Part shown: in pieces, positions 56,593 through 64,000 of the stretch | How the letters are laid out: the number at the start of each line of letters is the position of its first letter | How positions within the stretch are numbered: position 1 is the stretch's first letter | Source: the human T2T-CHM13v2.0 reference genome, Homo sapiens | Length of the DNA stretch: 64,000 bases | NCBI RefSeq assembly: GCF_009914755.1 | Contig: NC_060929.1 | Reading direction: 5' to 3' (one strand) | Translations under genes and position numbers: made by a program | The notes under the pieces: model-generated | The model's database searches: none | Told to the model about the DNA's origin: nothing | Seen by the model: only the letters and a program-made list of their open reading frames with translations

Positions 56593-57392
56593 AGGTGCTC
56601 AGTCAAGCCTCTGAGAGGAGTGGGGGGCGGGGCGAGGAGTCTCTTGCTCAGAGCCCCCTAGGGACTGGGACCCGTTGACTCTGAGCTGCTTTTGAGGCTG
56701 GATCAGGTACCAGCGGCCTGGGGGTCGTACAGGATGGGAGAGGCCGGGGCTTGGGATGTTGCCAGATCTACGTTGAAAAGTGAAGCAGGAAGAGAGGCAC
56801 TGAGGCTGGGCACATGGGGAAAACCGTGGAGAGCCGGCCTTTGGGGACTAGAAGAGTGGGAACAATGGTTGACAAATGGTGAGTGTGGTGTAGAACAGCA
56901 GTAACACAATACCAGGATCCACAGAGTGGCCAGGGCCAGAGTGGGGAGAAGGAACAGGACTCTGCAGATGGGGAGGGTAAGGGGCTGGGTGGCGTGAAGG
57001 GTGGTTGCAGAATTTGGGGAGGGCAGCTAGCCTGTGACCCAGGTTCCAAGGGCACTGAGGTCTGGGCCAGGCCGCTTGGAGGCACCAGAGCCTCAGAGGA
57101 GGGGTGGGGTAGAGGAACGGATCCAGCATGGTGTCCCCCTTGGCCACCAGAGGGAGTTTTCTAAATTTGAGCATGGCTCATCGCTGCTTGAAATTCTACG
57201 TCACAGTGTGGCCTGCATTGAGGAGGGCCCACACCTGTCGCTACCTCAGACTCACCTGCCACCTGCCTCAAGTGCATGAGAGAGAACAGGAAACCAGAAA
57301 TTGTCAGGATCGAGGATTATGGGAAAAGAGTAAAAGCCTAGCTGTCAGATCTGAGGTTCCACCAAGGAGCACTGATGGGTGCTTCTCATTAG

Positions 57393-57700
57393 GAAGGCGG
57401 TGCGGTGGCTCACACCTGTAATCCCAGTACTTTGGGACGCCGAGGTGAGTGGATCACCTGAGGCCAGGAGTTCGAGACCAGCCTGGCCAACATGGTGAAA
57501 CGTCATCTCTATTAGAAATACAAACATTAGCTGGGCGTGGTGATGGGTGCTTGTAATTCCAGCTATTCAGGAAACCAAGGCAGGAGAATAACTTGAATCC
57601 ACGAGGCAGAGGTTGCAGTGAGCCGAGATTGCTCCACTGCACTCCAGCCTGGGCAACAGAGCAAAAACTGCATCTCAAAAAAATAAAAACAAAAAAACAG
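57393..57700 (+). mobile_element. AluS
   Basis: Alu consensus. Confidence 0.88.
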
Positions 57701-58369
57701 AGGGGACACCAGTTCCCAGCACTCCAGGCCTAACTTCATAGCACTCACATCATGTCAAGTGAGTAACCAAAAATCAGTGTACATATGTACACAGCTATAC
57801 ATATCTCACACTAAGTTTTCTGTAAGAGTTCTTTTTATTGCAGAGACACTGCTTTTTTTCTGGTTTATGAAATACAGTGAACATTTATGGACACAAAGCT
57901 GAGGTGACAGGGTGGGGAGGGGGGCCTTGGAACAGCACCAAGAATCCTGGTTGAACCCTCCAAGTGAAAAGATCCTGCCACGACATACGTGAACCAGGTG
58001 TGACACGTGAGCACGTCTCACCTGATCCGGCCTATGGTGGGGAGAAGCAATTGAGGAAGGCCTTCTGGGCAGGAGGAAGTTGTTGCTGAGGCTGCCGAGC
58101 AGGATGTGTTGGGCCTGTGACTTAGGCAGAAAGGGCGCTCAGGCCCACATGCTCAGATGTGAGGACCTGCTTGCTGTGTTCAGGGAGCCACAAGTCACCT
58201 GGTCTTAGGGAAAGGTGAGGGGACTGGAGAGTTCTGAGGACCTTGAGGTAGATTGGCACTGCCAGGCATGTAGGCTGGCTTTAGCTCACTGATACGCCTT
58301 GTTCAGCCCAGAGAGGTTTTCTTTTTTTAATTGATTAGTTGATTTAAGAAACATTTAGATTTGGGATGA

Positions 58370-58769
58370 GCTGTTTTGGATGTTTATCCTCAATGAAACT
58401 CATGTTCAAACTTAATCTCCAATGTGGCAGTACTGAGAGGTGGGGCCTCTAAGCGTGGTTGGGATTAACCTGTCGATGGATTCATGGATTAAAGGGTTAT
58501 CACCGGAGTGGGACTGGTGACTTCATTAGAAGAGGAAGGAAGACCTGAGCTGGCCTGTGAATATGCTCCGCCCCCTGGCCATGTGACACCTGCGCCACCC
58601 TCAGGACTCTGCAGAGTCCCCAGCAGCAAGAAGGCCCTCACCAGGTGCAGCCCCTCAACCTTGGACTTCTCAGCCCCCAGGGCTGTAACAAATAAATTCT
58701 TTTTTAAAGTAAATTACCCAGTTTCAGGTATTCTGTTATAAGCAACAGAATAAGAAACAGACTAAGACA
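58370..58769 (+). mobile_element. MST (MaLR) solo LTR
   Basis: aaactcatgtt...gaggtggggcct...aataaatt...agactaagaca. Confidence 0.78.
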
Positions 58770-60191
58770 AGAGCACAGCGGGGTGGAGGAGCTAGGGGTG
58801 CCTGGGGCATTGGGGACCTGTCCGGAGGCCAGCTGTGTATGCAGCCACAGTGCCAACGGGTTTCTGTGATCCTGATATCCCCCACCCTTGACTGGCCTGG
58901 ATTCCAATCCGACTCTTGTCAGCTGTGCTCCTCTGGGCAAGGGATTCACTTCTGTCTGCCTTGGTTCTGTAGGAAGTGGCATGGAGAAGGACAGAAGCAG
59001 GAAGAGCTGGGTGCGGCCCATGCAGCAGGGATGGTGTAGGTCCTTATGCTGACTGCCTCTGTCCCCTCAACACTTTGCCTGCCCTCCCCCCATTGCACTA
59101 ACCCACATCTTCCCTTCTCCCCTACAAGGACCCAGAGATGTGCTAGAGGGTGTAAGTCGGGGCTGTCCCAGCTGTGTGTTGTAGAAAACTAAACTGCACT
59201 TAAACCAATGGGGACGTTTACTGGGAGGTGCCTGTAACATCATACCCAGGGGAGGTAGGGGCAGAGCTGGTCTGGAAACTCTAGGGCCATGGAGGCCACT
59301 GCAGGCCCAAATGGAGTTTGAAAACCCACAACAATGGACTCTGATGGTCCCCCAGACAGGGCTTCCATTCTGGAACTAGTCAGCCATGCTGGGCAGACAG
59401 GCTCATGTGAGGACATGGCAGGGAAGGGCAGAATTGGGAAAGGCAGAAGTCTGGAAGTTTCTTCCATGGTGATGATTAGAATGAGGGCATCTGAGCTGGG
59501 GCGCAGCTGAGGGTGTGGCACTGTATGGAAACAGGGTTATTTGGGGGCTGTATAACTGAATGCTGAACCCAGTGGCCCTTAGCCCTCCTCCTCCGGGAAT
59601 CCCCCAGAGCACCAGCAGCTGGGACTGTCCTCAGGCAGGGAGCCAGCAAGCTGTTCTCCAGAAGTCTGACCAGCCCTGAAGGGAAGACCTGAGGTATGAA
59701 CATTATGACACCCCCACCCCCACCAGATTTCCCAGCAGTGAATCCTGCATCAACCAGCCCTACCATGCCTTAGACCTTCCAGTCAGCCCCCCTTGAATCT
59801 GAACAGACAGCTCCATGTCATATGGCTAAGAAAAGTAAGACAAAAAACTGCATCTTGAAAGAAACAGACTCTGTGGAGAAGGAAAATTCAAAAAATAAAA
59901 ATAAAACTACTGCTAGCTTCAGAGAGAATGAAAAAATATTGCATCCTTCAAACAAGAACCAGCCATTTAAAAATTATGCAGCACAGGTGTATGCAACATG
60001 GCCTTGCTCTGTCAGCTGAGATGGCCTAGAAGCAATGACATCTCAGCAGTGGCTGACACACCCAGAGCCCAGATCTTGTTCTCTAATGTCATTCGCCATA
60101 AAAGGAACCAGGGATCCCTGGAGAAATGGTTGATTCTAGGGCTGGGACAGGGGATGGACAAGACGAGCCTGGAGAATATTGTTGTGCAGGT

Positions 60192-60205
60192 AAGGAAGTA
60201 CTTAC

Positions 60206-60236
<31 letters not shown>

Positions 60237-60440
60237 GGAAGTACAACACACACGTAAGAAAGTACACACACGGAAGTACTTACCCCCCCCCCCACACACA
60301 CACGGAAGTACTTACCACACACACACACACACACACACAAGGAAGTACAACACACACGTAAGGAAGTACACACACGGAAGTACCCCCCCACACACACACA
60401 CGGAAGTACTTACCACACACACACACACACACACACACAC
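60192..60440. repeat. Compound (CA)n/GGAAGTAC minisatellite inside an old L1 fragment
   Basis: Eight GGAAGTA motifs separated by CA and C runs. Confidence 0.9.
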
Positions 60441-60615
60441 AGATGGGGCTATGTCAAAGAGACACAAGAGCCAACTGAAAGAGCCCCCAGTGGCTGTTGC
60501 TGGAACCATTGGAACAACAAACTAACATAGTATTGGGCATGACTCAAAATATAAAATAAATATCTATGGTTCATTCTAATAGAAATAATAAATGGGGAAG
60601 AATAGAAAAGTTTGT

Positions 60616-60970
<355 letters not shown>

Positions 60971-61465
60971 TCATGTTGGCAGAAATGAAAAATCTTAGTA
61001 GCAGGTTGGGAGATAAAATTGAAATCTCTCAGTAGGGCAAAAAGACAACAAATGAATGATAAAAAAGATAAGAAATTAGAGGCCAGTCCAGCAGCTTCAC
61101 CCTGGGAATAATAGACACTCCAGAGACAGAGAAACAGAGAAATCCACAACAAAATAATTCAAGAAAATTTCCTAGTCTGAAAGGCAAAAGTTACCAGATG
61201 CAATCAACCCTAAATGAAATGTGCTCTAGGCAACTTGTGGTATTTCAGAACACAGGAAACAAAAAAGAGACCAAAAGGTCACCTACAAAGACATCAGACT
61301 TTGGACTCAATAGCAGCACTGGGAACAAGACGATGAAGCACTACCTTTAAAATTCTGCAGGAACACCTTTTTCTGACCTAGAATTGTGTGTTTAGCTAAA
61401 CCCTCTATCAAGTATAAATAAAAAAATCATTTCCACACCTGCAGATTCTCAAAAAACTTGCCTTC

Positions 61466-61825
61466 TGTTGTGGCCTGAATATTTGTGTTTCCCCAAATTC
61501 ATATGTTGCAATCCTAACCCCTGCCACATGTGATGTTATTAGGAGGTGAGGCCTTTGGGAGGTGATGAGTGTGAGGGTGGAGCCCTTATGAATGGGATTA
61601 GTACACTTATCAAAGAGGCTCCAGAGAACTCCCTTGTCCCTTCTGCCATGTGAGGACACAGCAAGAAGGCTGCTCTGTACAAACCAGGAAATGGGCCCTC
61701 ACCAAGACTCCACATCTGCCGGTGCCTTGATCTTGGACTTCCCACTGTTGAGAACTGTGAGAAAGAAATGTGGGATTTTTATAAGGCACCAGGGCTGTTA
61801 CAGCAGGCTGAACTGACTTAAGACA
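61466..61825 (+). mobile_element. MLT1A-like solo LTR
   Basis: tgttgtggcctgaatatttgtg...ccaaattcatatgttg...gacttaagaca. Confidence 0.78.
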
Positions 61826-61918
61826 CCTCTCAAGCACCTTTTCTCAAGAATGGGCTTCACCAGAACAAAAAAGGAAACTCAGAAGAAGGAAGACACAGAT
61901 ACAGAAAACAGGAGCCCA

Positions 61919-62364
<446 letters not shown>

Positions 62365-63368
62365 TCACCAAGACCCCACCTCCATCAGGCCATCTGTAGC
62401 CCGGGGACAAAATGCCCAGGAGAGCCTGGCCTAGGTTCTTGGCGGTACTTGGCTTGGCCATGTGCCGACGAGGGGCGCTCCCCTCCTCTGCTGAGGACGC
62501 ACAACATTCACAGAAGTTTCCAGCTTTCCCCCCACCGAGAGCTGGAGGCAGACCGTGGCGAGCTTAGAAGCAGGACGTACAGGTCAGCCCCCTCCCTCTG
62601 ACTATTTCCACTGCAGGTCCAGCGCGTGGTCCCCACCTTGGCCCTACCAGGTGCCTGACTGTGCTGAGCCCAAGACTTCCTCGAGACCTTCCTCATGACT
62701 TCCCCAGGAGGGGCCTTGTCAGTTCCCAGAGAAGCAGGGGTCAGACCACGACCTGGAGACTGATCTGCTCACCTCCTGGAACCTCCGTCTAGTGGAGGCA
62801 GTGCCGCCCTCTCCTTGCACCGCCAGCATGCACTCACCCTCCACTTTCGAACTAGGCAGTGTATTTGGGGGATAGATACACAGGTGAAACTATAAAGAAA
62901 AGCAAGGGAACAATTGGCACAAAAGTCAGAATGGCCGTCGCCTCTTGGGCATAAGGATGAAATACACTTTCTAGGTCTTGTCCAGAGAAAAATGTTCTGG
63001 CTAGTTTGTAGTCTCCTAATCTTGGAAGTTGTATTGGTCATGGATTGATTAGTAGGACAGAAACTATTCTAGCCATTTCCCTGGGACTGACCCAGGGCCT
63101 GGAGGACAGAAGTCAGGAAAAGCCCCTGTGGCACCTGGTTGCTGCCAGCTCTCCAGAGTTGGGATTTTAGAGGAGCCACAGGCGACCTCTGTTCATGGTC
63201 ACCACTGCCTGGCATGCTGAGGTGGGTGCGTTTTGGGGAGCCCCTGAGGGCCACAGCAGAACCCCGTTTGCTGAAGCAACATTTCTATCTGCTTCTGCCA
63301 GAGATAAATACAAAATATGATTTCTGCCACTCAACTATCTTCCAAGTCTCCCATGAATGCCTCTCACT

Positions 63369-63649
63369 GGTGGATAACCTAGAAATGTAGCTCCCAGCTT
63401 TCCAGCCCCTGTGATACAGGTGAGGGCATAGGACAGAATGGTGGATAACTGGAAATGTAGCTCCCAGGTTTCCAGCCCCTGTGATACAGGTGAGGGCATA
63501 GGACAGGATGGTGGATAACTGGAAATGTAGCTCCCAGGTTTCCAGCCCCTGTGATACAGGTGAGGGCATAGGACAGGATGGTGGATAACTGGAAATGTAG
63601 CTCCCAGGTTTCCAGCCCATGATACAGGTGAGGGCATAGGACAGGATGG
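63369..63649. repeat. 70-bp minisatellite, 4 copies
   Basis: gtggataac recurs at 63370, 63441, 63511 and 63581. Confidence 0.95.
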
Positions 63650-64000
63650 AAATTTGCTGAGTAGCCCATAGGTAATCCTGGACAGGGTTTATGAGATACT
63701 AGGGCTACACACACCCGTTGTCATGAAGACATCATTCAGGTTGTGTGTGACAGCACTTACGTAGGAAGCCTAAGTTCTGACTTCACAAAACTTCAGAACT
63801 CTCTGGCTTTCAATCTTTCCATCTGATTGTATTAATGAAACCAGGGACTATAATAGCCTTATTGGGAAAAAAATACAAATTTGAGAGTTTCACCCCTCTA
63901 TGCTGTCTACAGGTTCTGCCCAACCCCTTCCAGGTTCAGTGGCCCCTCTGCTGAGTCCCAAATCTCTTGGATTTGTTGTATCCTGGACAACAGCCCTCCT

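Noticed and set aside
63369-63649. Tandem arrays (70-bp, 84-bp, GGAAGTAC/CA) as CRISPR-like repeats
   Set aside because: They are head-to-tail units without unique spacers, in a eukaryotic context with no cas genes.
63650-64000. 3' end of the neighbouring gene (GFPT2 by recalled synteny)
   Set aside because: No exon or poly(A) site of it can be identified in the window; it would lie beyond the right edge.

Overview
Primate, almost certainly human, genomic DNA holding nearly all of MAPK9 (JNK2) on the minus strand. It runs from a CpG-island promoter and non-coding exon 1 (about 55307-55540) through coding exons 2-11 (ATG at 44021, exon 11 at 1778-1849). The last exon lies left of the window. 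I read every splice junction by hand, and the exons join in frame (1132 nt of CDS in the window). The two mutually exclusive 72-nt kinase exons both end in U12-type GTATCCTT donors and are separated by a U12/U2 hybrid intron. Intron 5 carries an antisense processed C2H2 zinc-finger pseudogene (ZNF124/669/670-like) copied from an mRNA lacking the KRAB-A exon. It has since acquired an Alu and an 84-bp finger minisatellite with a 222-codon stop-free frame. Intron 1 contains a two-template insertion that forms a ~215-bp inverted repeat, a tail-to-tail AluY pair 42 bp apart, and a perfect 15-bp hairpin. Other candidates are a 200-nt poison exon in intron 2, a 166-aa ORF on a putative exon 2-5 circle, and an upstream ETS-motif minisatellite. 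The rest is Alu, L1, L2, MaLR LTR and MER repeats. Repeat subfamily calls come from remembered consensus sequences and their boundaries are approximate.
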